Counted from the stretch's first letter, positions 26,750-35,973 are shown. The stretch is DNA of 64,000 nucleotides from an uncultured Planctomycetaceae bacterium (GCA_964353155.1 CAYGUP010000012.1:4828-68827); one strand, 5' to 3'. Notes: a model not told the origin generated them from the sequence alone. Numbers and translations are program-made.

Positions 26750-27928
26750 GTGAACTCGATCGCCGTGCCCCGCCTCGCCCTGCTGCTCGTTGCTTGCCTC
26801 CTGCTCACCGCCTCAGCGTTTCCTGCCCGATCGGCCGAGCGTGTGATGATGGGCTACTACGCCACGTTCGGCGACCTGCCGGTGGAACGGATCCCCTGGA
26901 ACCGGCTGACGCACGTCGGCCACGCCTTCCTGCGACTCGACGCCGAGGGCAAGCCGGTCAAGACCGACGCGATGCCTAACGCCGCCCTCACGGCCGACGG
27001 TCGCAAGAACGGCGTGCCGGTGCTGATGACCGTCGGCGGCGGTGTCACGGTGAAGGGCCTTGAGAAACGGCTTGTCGATGAGGCGGCAACCCAAGCCCTC
27101 ACGACCGAGTTGATCGACCTGCTCGCCGCAGGCCGGTACGACGGCATCGACCTCGCCTGGGAGTACCCCCGGAACGCCACGACCCGCACGGCCCACGCCC
27201 GCCTGCTGGCTGCGTTGCGTCGCGGCCTCGATGCCCGCGCCAAGGAGACAAACCGCGCGACTCCCTACCTGCTGACGGCGAGCCTCAGCCCGACCGAGTT
27301 CCTCGGCGAGTGGGTCGATACCAAAGCGGTCGCGCCACTGGTCGATTGGTTCAACGTGATGACCTACGACATGAGCGGGCCGTGGTCGCGTCTGGCCGCC
27401 CACCACGCCCCGCTATTCGCGTCGTCGAAAGACACGGAGGACGCCGGCCGGAGCGTCGTCGCGGCGATGCGATACTGGGAGCAGCAACGGCGCGTACCGA
27501 AGGCGAAGCTCGTCGTCGGCGTGCCGCTCTTCGGCCGCGTGATGCCCGCCAAAGAGCCGTACCAGACGCTCGACCCGGAGCAGGCTCGGCGTCACCGCGT
27601 GATGGCGTTCGCCGCCATCCGCAAGCTCGCCGGCGAGGGCTGGCCCGCCGAGTGGGACAACGAAGGCCGCACCCCGTGGCTGAGCAAGCCCGAGCCGAAA
27701 ACCGAGCCCAAGCCGGGCCTCTCGCCGCTCACGCCGATCGACGATCAAGCCGACGACGGCCCGGTCCTCATCGGCTACGACGACCGCAACTCGGTCCACA
27801 TGAAGACCACCTGGTCGCGCGAGCAAGGCTACCGCGGCATGTTCTTCTGGGCGATCCACCAAGACCAAATGCCCGACCGACGCCACTGGCTGCTGGATGC
27901 GGCAAACAAAGCGTGGCCGGCGGAGTGA
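26750..27928 (+). CDS. GH18 chitinase-like protein with variant catalytic motif
   Basis: Signal peptide; LTHVGHAF, YDGIDLAWEYP, FNVMTYDMSG, KLVVGVPLFG, GMFFWAIHQD. Confidence 0.88.
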   Translation: MNSIAVPRLALLLVACLLLTASAFPARSAERVMMGYYATFGDLPVERIPWNRLTHVGHAFLRLDAEGKPVKTDAMPNAALTADGRKNGVPVLMTVGGGVTVKGLEKRLVDEAATQALTTELIDLLAAGRYDGIDLAWEYPRNATTRTAHARLLAALRRGLDARAKETNRATPYLLTASLSPTEFLGEWVDTKAVAPLVDWFNVMTYDMSGPWSRLAAHHAPLFASSKDTEDAGRSVVAAMRYWEQQRRVPKAKLVVGVPLFGRVMPAKEPYQTLDPEQARRHRVMAFAAIRKLAGEGWPAEWDNEGRTPWLSKPEPKTEPKPGLSPLTPIDDQADDGPVLIGYDDRNSVHMKTTWSREQGYRGMFFWAIHQDQMPDRRHWLLDAANKAWPAE

Positions 27929-28095
27929 GCCGATTGCTCGCCCAAGCCACACTTCACCCGGCTGCACGAGAGGCCACGGGCCAGCCGCCCGCGACCGATG
28001 AGGGCCACTACCTTCACACGTAGCGATTTCACCGTGAAGCTGCGCCGTACGAGGAAGACTCTGCGGTTTTTACCCACGCTCTTCGCAGCAAATGT

Positions 28096-28153
28096 GGGTC
28101 ACTCATTTGTACTTAGCGGACCTCTTCTAAAATGCGTCGAACGATGAAGCCGA
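28096..28153 (+). promoter_or_regulatory. 58-bp repeated promoter-like element, copy A
   Basis: 52/58 identical to the reverse complement of 35648-35705; contains TTTGTA-N16-TAAAAT. Confidence 0.65.
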
Positions 28154-28289
28154 GGCGTCATCGCGGAGGAAGTTTCGAAGCACCAGAGGGTCACGCCTAT
28201 CGCACTTACGAAGATGAAGGAATCGGGCTTGAGCAGCATCGTCCGGTTGTCGCAGGTTAGCCTCGCGATATGCGTCGCAGCGACTTAGA

Positions 28290-28601
28290 ATGCCGGCTAT
28301 GCCGCTATCCGAAAGACTTGTTGAACTTGAAGATGCCGTCTGCGACGAACGGACGTTTCTCGACTTCCTTAACGCACTTGCCCAGGAGCGGCTGGCGGAT
28401 GAAGAGGCCGAAAGCAAGACGCCGAGCAACCCATATGGCCCCAGTCATGCTGGTTGGGAGTGCTCTACAATAGGAACCTACCTTGATGCAGCCAGTGCAT
28501 GGGCTGAGTCCTCTATAGATGGCCTTCCGTTGATGCCGAAAGAGACGAATTCTTGGAAGCGTATAGCTCAGATACTTCATGCAGCCAAGGCTTTCGAGTA
28601 A
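28290..28601 (+). CDS. Small acidic hypothetical protein (immunity-like, tentative)
   Basis: 103 aa, lower GC; RTFLDFLNAL...GWECSTIGTYLDAASAW...SWKRIAQILHAAKAFE recalls small accessory proteins of polymorphic-toxin loci; family not confirmed. Confidence 0.6.
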   Translation: MPAMPLSERLVELEDAVCDERTFLDFLNALAQERLADEEAESKTPSNPYGPSHAGWECSTIGTYLDAASAWAESSIDGLPLMPKETNSWKRIAQILHAAKAFE

Positions 28602-28613
28602 CTCGCTGCCCGC

Positions 28614-28789
28614 GGGTGGCACGGACAGTCGGCCGCGAGGGACTCGGTGATCGGCTGAATCGAGTTCGGCCGATTGTCCGTGGGCGTCAGCCCAAGAGGC
28701 ATGCCGATTGGCCTCCCGTCGCCGAGCGACACCGACACGTGTCCGGGCCAAGTCTTAAGAAAGACGATGCGTATCGCGGACAAGTGTCG
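28614..28789. repeat. Pair of GGGTGG-footed REP-like hairpins
   Basis: Arms cacggacagtcggcc (28620-28634) / ggccgattgtccgtg (28668-28682), 14/15; and cgacacgtgtccg (28733-28745) / cggacaagtgtcg (28777-28789), 12/13. Confidence 0.7.
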
Positions 28790-28952
28790 CTGCTACCCCT
28801 GGCTAGGATGACGCCTCGGCGTGAAGCTTCCACGCCGATTGGGTACTTCTCTTGCTGAGCTCAAACGCGATCGCCGGGGACGGTCTGCGAGAGGTCCGGG
28901 TTTTGATTAGAATGTGGGAGCTCCGGTCCGAACCCCCGCACGAGACACCAAG

Positions 28953-30368
28953 ATGAACGAATCGGCTTCCCGCTCGTCGATCACACGGCGCGACCTGCTC
29001 AAGACCTCGGCGCTCGCCGCTTCGTCTGGAGTATTGGCTCCCGGGCTTGGGTTCGGCGCGGCGAAGATGGCGTCGCCCAACGAGCGGCTGAATGTCGCGT
29101 TCGTGGGGATCGGTGGGAAGGGAGACCACAACCGGACCATGCTGCAGAAGACCGGTCTCTGCAACGTGGTGGCGTTGTGCGATATCGACTTGGAGGGACC
29201 GCGGACGCTCTCGGCTCGGATCGCCAACGGCGACGCCCCCGTGCCCGAGGGCAAGACGGCCGCGCAGTTCGTCCCGATCGATACGAAGGCGCCGTACTTC
29301 ACCGACTTCCGGGTGATGCTGGACAAGATGGCGGACCAGATCGATGTGGTCGTGGTCTCGACGCCCGACCACACGCACTTCCCGGTCGCGATGGCGGCGA
29401 TGGCCTTGGGCAAGCACGTCTATGTCGAGAAGCCGCTCGCGCACACCTTCGGCGAGTGCCGCCGGCTGATGGAGATGGCCGATCGTTCCGGTGTCGTGAC
29501 CCAGATGGGCAACCAGGGGCATTCCTCGGCCAACTTCACGCAATACAAAGCCTGGACCGAAGCGGGCGTCATCCGTGATGTCACGCGCATCACCGCGTAC
29601 ATGAACAAGGGCCGGAGGTGGCACGGGTGGGGGCGCAAGGTCGAAGCCTACCCGAGCGAGCCGATGCCGAAGCACCTCGCGTGGGACACGTGGACCGGCC
29701 CGGCGCCCGAGCACCCGTTCAGCAAGCGGCTCCACCCCGGAAACTGGCGGTCTTGGTTCGACTACGGGAGCGGCGCGTTGGGCGATTGGGCTCCGCACAT
29801 CTTGGACACGAGCCATCGCTTCCTGAAACTCGGCCTCCCGGAGAGGGTCACCGCCGCTCATCGCGACGGGGCGAACCCGCTGGTCTATCCGCAGGAGACC
29901 ACGCTGAGTTTCCAATTCCCCGAGCGCGAGGGGATGCCCGCCTGCGAAGTGGCTTGGTACGACGGCACCAGGAACCAGCCGGAGTTCGATGCCGACCTCG
30001 GCGCGGTCAACACGCAGAGCCCCGGCAAGGTGATCTACGCCGGCGATCGGGTCTTCCAGGGCGCCTCGCACGGCAGCACGCTGTGGGTCCTTTCGGGCGA
30101 CAAGGATTCCCTGCCCGAGTACGAGAAACGAGTTCCGAACCACTGGATGAACTTCATGCTGGCCTGCAAGGGCGAGGCCGAGTCGTCCTCGCCGTTCTCG
30201 GTCGGCGCCCCGCTGACGCAGGTGCTCAACCTCGGGATGATCTGCCAGCAGCTCGGCGGGACGGTCGAGTTCGATCGCGAGACCGAACAGATCACCAATA
30301 ACGAGGAAGCCAACGCCCTGCTCGACCCCACGCCACGCAAGGGCTGGGAGTCGTACTACCGGATGTAG
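28953..30368 (+). CDS. Tat-exported Gfo/Idh/MocA oxidoreductase
   Basis: ITRRDLLK Tat motif; VGIGGKG, STPDHTH, HVYVEKP, QMGNQGHS, GALGDWAPHILD. Confidence 0.92.
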   Translation: MNESASRSSITRRDLLKTSALAASSGVLAPGLGFGAAKMASPNERLNVAFVGIGGKGDHNRTMLQKTGLCNVVALCDIDLEGPRTLSARIANGDAPVPEGKTAAQFVPIDTKAPYFTDFRVMLDKMADQIDVVVVSTPDHTHFPVAMAAMALGKHVYVEKPLAHTFGECRRLMEMADRSGVVTQMGNQGHSSANFTQYKAWTEAGVIRDVTRITAYMNKGRRWHGWGRKVEAYPSEPMPKHLAWDTWTGPAPEHPFSKRLHPGNWRSWFDYGSGALGDWAPHILDTSHRFLKLGLPERVTAAHRDGANPLVYPQETTLSFQFPEREGMPACEVAWYDGTRNQPEFDADLGAVNTQSPGKVIYAGDRVFQGASHGSTLWVLSGDKDSLPEYEKRVPNHWMNFMLACKGEAESSSPFSVGAPLTQVLNLGMICQQLGGTVEFDRETEQITNNEEANALLDPTPRKGWESYYRM

Positions 30369-30384
30369 CGGCCCGCCTCGGCCA

Positions 30385-31944
30385 CTACTCCGAGGCGAAG
30401 GTGATTTTCACGGCGTAGGCGTGCTGGCACGGGGCCTCCTCGGGCATCGTGACCAGCAGCCCGTCGGCGTGCGGCTCCCAATCGAGCGGGTCGGACGAAC
30501 CGAGCAGCTCGACCGAAGCGATTGGCCCGCCCGGCATCTCCGGCGAGGGTTTGAAGAGCTCCGTGACGAACTCGAACTTGATCGGCTCGCCATCCTTCGG
30601 CCAACCCATCACCAAGGCATACAGCACGCCTGGCTCGCCGTCGCGGCTCGGTTTGGCGGTGTAGCGGATGTCTTTGGCGGTGAGCTTCGATCGCTTGTCG
30701 TGCGCGCCGATCTCACGATGGCCCTCGCCGTAGACGGCCCACGGCCGCGTGCCGTAGATCGCTTCGCCGTTGATATCGAGCCATTCGCCGACCTCGACCA
30801 GCACGTCGGTCGCCGGTTGATCGAGCGTGCCATCGGCGCGGATCGGAATATTGAGCAACAGGTTGCCGTTCTTCGAGACGATATCGATGAGCTTATCAAC
30901 AACGAGGCCCGGCTCCATGTACGGCACGCTCGGGTTGTAGCCCCACGAGCCGATCGAGTCGTCCGTCTGCCACGGCTCGGGCAGGATGCTGCTCGCCTTG
31001 CCGCGCTCGTAGTCGAGCGTCGCGATGCCGTTGGCGTACAGGCCCTGCCAGGGGCGCTGCTTGATGCACATGACGCCTTCGGGGCGTTCGTTGTAGAAGT
31101 GCGAGATCACGCCCAGGCCGGTCCGGCCCTGGTCCTCGCCGCGGAAGGGGACCGCGCAATCGAAGTAGAGCAGGTCCGGGTCGTAGTCTTCGACCAACTG
31201 ATCGACCCGCTTCGCCCACAGCTCTCGCCACGCGGCGGGGGCCTTGAACGGGGCGCGCGGGTGCGTGCTCTGCCCGTCGTTGGCCGGGTAGAGGCCGGGG
31301 GCTTTCCCCGCGGCGCCGTCGTACGGAACGCCCTTGAGCGGGCCGCTCGTGTCGGCCTGGTTCGCCGTGTTCAGCCAACTGTAATTCCGCGACAGGTGCG
31401 TGGTGACGCCGAACCGGAGCCCCGCCTTGAGGGTCGCTTCGCGCCAGGCTTGGATGAGGTCGCGTTTCGGCCCCATCTTCACGGCGTTCCATTCATGGTG
31501 CTTCGAGTCCCAGAGGTCGAAGTTGTCGTGGTGCACGGCGCACGGGGTGAAGTACTTGGCCCCGGCTTGCTTGAACAAGGCGACCAAGGCTTCCGGGTCG
31601 AACCGCTCGGCCTTCCATTGCGGGATGAAGTCGGCGTAGCCGAACTCCGAGGGGTGGCCGTAGGTCTTCACGTGGTAGTCGTAGTCCGGCCCGCCCTCGA
31701 TGTACAGCTTGCGGGCGTACCACTCGCCCCGCTCGGCGACCGAGTAGGCCCCCCAGTGCAAGTAGATGCCAAACTTGGCGTCGCGGAACCACTCCGGGCA
31801 GGTGTAGCCGCTTAGCGATTCGATGGTGGGCTCGAACGCGCGGGCGGCGGTCTCGGCGGCCATCAACGGGCGAGGGCCGCCGAGCAGCATCGAGCAAGCC
31901 AAGAGAACAAGGCCGAGTCGTGGCCGGGTGGTCGTGTGGAGCAT
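30385..31944 (-). CDS. Alpha-L-fucosidase (GH29)
   Basis: PEWFRDAKFGIYLHWG, AVHHDNFDLWDS, LLYFD, WQTDDSIG, IVSKNGNLLLNI, NGEAIYGTRPW. Confidence 0.93.
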   Translation of the reverse strand: MLHTTTRPRLGLVLLACSMLLGGPRPLMAAETAARAFEPTIESLSGYTCPEWFRDAKFGIYLHWGAYSVAERGEWYARKLYIEGGPDYDYHVKTYGHPSEFGYADFIPQWKAERFDPEALVALFKQAGAKYFTPCAVHHDNFDLWDSKHHEWNAVKMGPKRDLIQAWREATLKAGLRFGVTTHLSRNYSWLNTANQADTSGPLKGVPYDGAAGKAPGLYPANDGQSTHPRAPFKAPAAWRELWAKRVDQLVEDYDPDLLYFDCAVPFRGEDQGRTGLGVISHFYNERPEGVMCIKQRPWQGLYANGIATLDYERGKASSILPEPWQTDDSIGSWGYNPSVPYMEPGLVVDKLIDIVSKNGNLLLNIPIRADGTLDQPATDVLVEVGEWLDINGEAIYGTRPWAVYGEGHREIGAHDKRSKLTAKDIRYTAKPSRDGEPGVLYALVMGWPKDGEPIKFEFVTELFKPSPEMPGGPIASVELLGSSDPLDWEPHADGLLVTMPEEAPCQHAYAVKITFASE

Positions 31945-32026
31945 CGTAAGCGTGGGTCGGTGTTGTCGTGTGGGTTCGCTAGGTCGCCAGCCCCTCATAG
32001 TAACACGCCGGCCCGGATTGATCCGA

Positions 32027-32428
32027 TCACTCCTCTTCGAGGACCCAGGTCAGCCGCTCATCACGCCAGAAGACCCAGCCGCCGGAGAGGTCGCCATCGT
32101 CGATTTGTTGATCAATCGCGTGCCAAGCGGCAAGCTTATCGGGCGTGGCATTCTCGATCACGACCGCGGCGAGCATCCCGGTACGGGTCCACGTGTAGCG
32201 GCCGCCTAGCGGCGTGGGGCCGTGGTCCCGGCTGGTCGGCCACGCCCCGGTGGCTCGCTCTTGGTGGTCGGCGGCGTCGGCGATGTGGCGGAGCCCCTCG
32301 ATCGTCGCGGCGAGGTCGGCCGAGTCGATTCGGTTGCCGCCACGCGACAGCGATAGAGCGATCCCGGCGACGATCGCCAGGAGCGTCAGCAGCAGGGGCG
32401 TGCGGGTTTGAGCGGAGCGGCGGGCCAT
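32027..32428 (-). CDS. Pilin-like hypothetical protein
   Basis: N-terminal hydrophobic helix, TPLGGRYTW and IDQQIDDGDLSGG, but no G|F cleavage site. Confidence 0.55.
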   Translation of the reverse strand: MARRSAQTRTPLLLTLLAIVAGIALSLSRGGNRIDSADLAATIEGLRHIADAADHQERATGAWPTSRDHGPTPLGGRYTWTRTGMLAAVVIENATPDKLAAWHAIDQQIDDGDLSGGWVFWRDERLTWVLEEE

Positions 32429-32492
32429 GCAGCAAAGGTAGCTCACGGCGCACCAAGCTGATGAGATCGCCCGGAGGCCGTACAATCGGCCC

Positions 32493-33440
32493 ATGGCATC
32501 CAAAGCATCCTGGCTGATCGGCGTGGACGAGGCGGGCTACGGACCGAACCTGGGGCCGTTGGTCGTCGGCGCCACCGCTTGGCGACTGCCTGCGGGGGGG
32601 GACCTGGACGAGTTGCTCGCCGACGCGGTGATCCGGACGCCCGTGGCGGGCGACGCGCGTTTGCTGATCGCCGACTCGAAGGCGGTCTATCAGCCGGGCG
32701 GCGGGCTGACGAAGCTCGAACGCGCCGTCTACGCCGCAACCGGCCCGCCCGATCGTTGGACGAGTCTGGTCGCGACACTCGACGCCGACGCCACCAACCA
32801 ACGGGCCAGCCTCCCGTGGCACACGGGGTTCGATCCTGCGCTGCCGATCAACGCCGATGCCACCGACCTCGCCGACGCCACCAATCAACTAAAAGCGGCG
32901 TGCCAAGCGTCCGGCGTCACGCCCCCGCGGCTGAGAGCGAGGCTCGTCTATCCGGGGCGGTTCAACGAGTTGGTTGAGCGAGACGGGACGAAGGGGGCGG
33001 CGTTGTCGTCGGTTTCGATCGGTTTGGCTCGCTCGCTGTACGACGAGGTCGTCGGCGAGGGCGAGCCGTGTGCGTTCGTCTTCGACAAGCACGGCGGCCG
33101 CAACCGTTACGGCGAGTTGATCCAGGAGCACTTCGACGACGCGTGGGTCGAGATGCGTGAGGAGTCGCGACCGGTGAGCCGGTACCGCGTCGGTGAGCGG
33201 CTGACGTTTCGATTCCGCTCGAAGGGCGAGGAGGAGCTGCCCGTGGCGCTCGCGTCGATGGCCGCCAAGCTGCTCCGCGAGTTGTCGATGAAGGCCTTCA
33301 ACGACTACTGGCTTAAGCAGGTCCCCGGCGTGAAGCCGACGGCCGGCTATCCGGTCGACGCCAAGCGATTCAAAGCCGCGATCGAGGCAAAGCAGGCGGA
33401 GCTTGGGATCGCGGATAAGGTCTTGTGGCGATCTCGATAA
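32493..33440 (+). CDS. Divergent RNase HII-like protein
   Basis: LIGVDEAGYGPNLGPLVV, IADSK, VFDKHGG, VALASMAAK, GYP. Confidence 0.8.
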   Translation: MASKASWLIGVDEAGYGPNLGPLVVGATAWRLPAGGDLDELLADAVIRTPVAGDARLLIADSKAVYQPGGGLTKLERAVYAATGPPDRWTSLVATLDADATNQRASLPWHTGFDPALPINADATDLADATNQLKAACQASGVTPPRLRARLVYPGRFNELVERDGTKGAALSSVSIGLARSLYDEVVGEGEPCAFVFDKHGGRNRYGELIQEHFDDAWVEMREESRPVSRYRVGERLTFRFRSKGEEELPVALASMAAKLLRELSMKAFNDYWLKQVPGVKPTAGYPVDAKRFKAAIEAKQAELGIADKVLWRSR

Positions 33441-33456
33441 ACCCGAGGAGCTAACG

Positions 33457-33954
33457 ATGCTCATCTATCTTGCACGCCACGCCTGGGCCGGCCACTACGG
33501 CGACCCCCCGCCCGCCAACGGCTCGTGGTCGGACGACTCGCAACGGCCGCTCACAGCGGAGGGCGTCGAGCGGTATGGGCGGGTCGTCGGGGCGCTCGCC
33601 GAGCGAGGCTTCCAACCGGAACGCCTGATCGCCAGCCCGTACACGCGCTGTTGGCAGACCGCCGAGCTCATCGCCGAAGCGGTCGGTGTCTTGCCCGAGC
33701 CGTTCGAGGGCCTCGAGCCGGGTGCCCGTCTGGAGCCGTTGCTCGAATGGACCCGTCGCATCCATGCGGCGTCGGTCTGCTGGGTCGGGCACAACCCGGA
33801 TTGCGAGCGGCTGCTGGCGGAGCTGATCGGCGAGGGCTGGGCGTCGATCCGTTTCGCGAAGGGCTCGGTCGCCGCGGTCCGCTTCGAAGGCCCCCCCGCC
33901 GCTGGCGAGGGGACGCTGGTCTGGCACGCGACCGCGAAGCTGCTGGGAGTTTAG
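33457..33954 (+). CDS. sixA: Phosphohistidine phosphatase SixA
   Basis: IYLARHA, QRPLTAEG, ASPYTRCWQTA, VGHNP; GAGGAG RBS before ATG 33457. Confidence 0.88.
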   Translation: MLIYLARHAWAGHYGDPPPANGSWSDDSQRPLTAEGVERYGRVVGALAERGFQPERLIASPYTRCWQTAELIAEAVGVLPEPFEGLEPGARLEPLLEWTRRIHAASVCWVGHNPDCERLLAELIGEGWASIRFAKGSVAAVRFEGPPAAGEGTLVWHATAKLLGV

Positions 33955-34067
33955 AGCGGGCGGCGACGTGACGCAGGTCGGCAGGCCACGGCTCGACACC
34001 CAGGTCGACGCCTCATTTGCAGGTTGGCCAGACTCGACGCTTCCTTTTCCGGGGCCAGCATGGAGGA

Positions 34068-35399
34068 TCAGCCCGGTGAGCGCCAGCACCACCGTCGCCT
34101 CGCGAACTGTAGCAACGCAGGAGCTCCCAAGATCAGGCCAGCCGGCTCTGGTACGCTCAGCGGCTCTCCGAGAAAGTTGTCACGCCATACCGTGTAATCC
34201 GCGGCGTCAACCACGCCATCTCCGTTGCCGTCGCCCCAGGTAAACACGCTGACAGTGTCGCCATAGCGGGATTTCCAAGTTTCGTAGTCGCCGGCATCGA
34301 CCGAACCGTCGAAGTTGAAGTCTCCTGCTAGCACGCGACTCACCCTTACGCGGGCGTCGGCGGCAACGTATCCATCGGGGGAAAGCGGATCGCTGTCGCT
34401 AAGGCTTAGCGAGAACTGGCTGCCGTCGCGCAGGACGCCCGAAAGCGTTCCCGAACGCTCGGCGATTGTATGCGTCCCAACGTCGAGTGGTGAGCCGTTC
34501 ACTGAGAACTCATATCCCTCAATGTACACATTGCTCCTAGGCATGAGGGTAATCGCTCCGCCGAACTCTCCACCGTAGGCGCGGAGCCCACCATAGACGG
34601 TCATGCCGGGTTCAACCGACCCGCTAATGACGTCAAAATACCCGTCTACCGTCAGTCCAGTGCCTACCGATCCGCCGTGCATCCGGATGTAGCCGTTAGG
34701 CGCCACGTAAGCATCTGGACCGATCAAACCGCCGCTAACTGTAGTGGATGTATCGGTGCCGAAGCGGAAGCGACTTCCGATCTCGCCGTCGACAACGGTC
34801 ATTCGCGTGAAGCCACCGCTGATGTAAGAATCTGCGCCGAGGGTCCCTCCCGTCATGGTGATATCAGCGCCGCCTAAGGGCGATGATCCTATAGGGGCAA
34901 TCAACTCGCCAACTGTCCCTCCGGCGATTGTGATATCGCTTCCTCCCGACCAGACGCCTAAAACGTCAACGACCCCCCCGCCAACCACGGCGCTCCCTTC
35001 GTATGCATCGAGTTGACGGACACGTCCTCCGTTGACGTTGACCAGGGCACCGTAGGAGGTGCTGACCTGTCTGGCTGTCCCACCGCTGATGTTAATCTCG
35101 CTGCCCTCGATGGCATTGAGACCCCACTCGATTGCACCCCCCATCAGGTTGACGACGACATTGCTGTTCACTTCCCCGTGCAAGCCAGCATTGAAGGTGT
35201 GTCCAACCGAACCGCCGTCGAAGACGTTTAGCGTAGTGTTTGATCCGATCGACTCGTTGTCACCGATTGAGGTTGGTGGAGCGTTGATTATGCCCGGGGG
35301 AAGAGTTTGTGCGGTGGCATAACCAGCTGTCGCTAATGAAGAAAGAGCTACAGACAAAGTGGCGAAGACCTGAGAATAGGCCCTTGGCAAGATGGTCAT
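34068..35399 (-). CDS. Lower-GC PEP-CTERM protein with Gly-rich beta-solenoid-like repeats and dockerin-like repeat
   Basis: Signal-like N-terminus; repeated (I/V)NxSGG units; GDFNFDGSVDAGDY...GDGNGDGVVDAADYTVWRD; SVPEPAGLILG. Confidence 0.82.
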   Translation of the reverse strand: MTILPRAYSQVFATLSVALSSLATAGYATAQTLPPGIINAPPTSIGDNESIGSNTTLNVFDGGSVGHTFNAGLHGEVNSNVVVNLMGGAIEWGLNAIEGSEINISGGTARQVSTSYGALVNVNGGRVRQLDAYEGSAVVGGGVVDVLGVWSGGSDITIAGGTVGELIAPIGSSPLGGADITMTGGTLGADSYISGGFTRMTVVDGEIGSRFRFGTDTSTTVSGGLIGPDAYVAPNGYIRMHGGSVGTGLTVDGYFDVISGSVEPGMTVYGGLRAYGGEFGGAITLMPRSNVYIEGYEFSVNGSPLDVGTHTIAERSGTLSGVLRDGSQFSLSLSDSDPLSPDGYVAADARVRVSRVLAGDFNFDGSVDAGDYETWKSRYGDTVSVFTWGDGNGDGVVDAADYTVWRDNFLGEPLSVPEPAGLILGAPALLQFARRRWCWRSPG

Positions 35400-35647
35400 G
35401 GGAGTATCGCAACTTCTGGGGATACGAAGTGTGGGCATGCCCAAATCATTAGCGGCATCAGCTGCTCCAGCCACTTTCTTCGGGGGGGGCGTATTCCGCA
35501 TAGATGAGAATGATTGCAACATGGTAGCCGTCAGTCTCATTTGAAGCTCTTCCCAGCAGTGGGGCGTTCTTCAGCCACCCCACGTTCCTCCCGTTCAAGC
35601 CACATGCAATAGCCCGTGGCAGGGGGCTGTCGCATCGGAAAATCGTG

Positions 35648-35705
35648 TCGGCTTCATCGTTCGACGCAATCTACCAGAGGCCCGCTAAGTGCAAATGAGT
35701 GACCC
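35648..35705 (-). promoter_or_regulatory. 58-bp repeated promoter-like element, copy B
   Basis: Minus strand reads gggtcactcatttgcacttagcgggcctctggtagattgcgtcgaacgatgaagccga; TTTGCA-N16-TAGATT with TG at extended -10 spacing. Confidence 0.65.
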
Positions 35706-35789
35706 TCCGGGGAGACTTGGCGGCGGGCACCCTCTGAGCTGAGTGGCTGGCTGGCGTAACTCCCAGATCGACGTCTCTTGGACATCAGC

Positions 35790-35891
35790 TCACTTGCCAC
35801 CCTTCTTCTTCAGCTTGAGAAACACAGCCGTACCGGCGATCCCCCCGATAACACCGCAGATAAGTGGCCCCAAGATGTCATTGAGTTCCAT
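35790..35891 (-). CDS. 33-aa single-TM peptide with basic tail (below the ORF-track size cutoff)
   Basis: Translated by hand: MELNDILGPLICGVIGGIAGTAVFLKLKKKGGK*; AGGGG RBS 5 nt upstream. Confidence 0.6.
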   Translation of the reverse strand: MELNDILGPLICGVIGGIAGTAVFLKLKKKGGK

Positions 35892-35973
35892 AGCTTCCCC
35901 TAAAGAGTTTCGAAAAGAGGCTTCTTGCTTGATGAGTGTACCCAGCACTCTCTACCTAAGCCAAACACCCGGC

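Noticed and set aside
27930-28290. Pseudogene or transposase remnant upstream of the small acidic ORF
   Set aside because: The short frames give no recognisable motif. A gctcttcgca word resembling ISL3-type ends at about 28078 has no partner repeat.
32027-32428. Bona fide type IV prepilin
   Set aside because: It has a pilin-like hydrophobic helix and IDDG motif but lacks the G|F-x3-E cleavage site, so it is kept only as pilin-like.
35540-35600. Cobalamin riboswitch (CCACTG..GGGAAG on the minus strand upstream of the PEP-CTERM gene)
   Set aside because: Only the short B12-box-like words are present; the GGGAA..GGTG..AATCC..CCC..ACTGT core and its spacing are missing.
28096-35705. Composite transposon or invertible segment bounded by the 58-bp inverted copies
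   Set aside because: No target-site duplication (aatgt versus tccgg), no transposase or recombinase inside, and the interior holds native-looking genes (RNase HII-like, sixA). Two independent insertions fit better.
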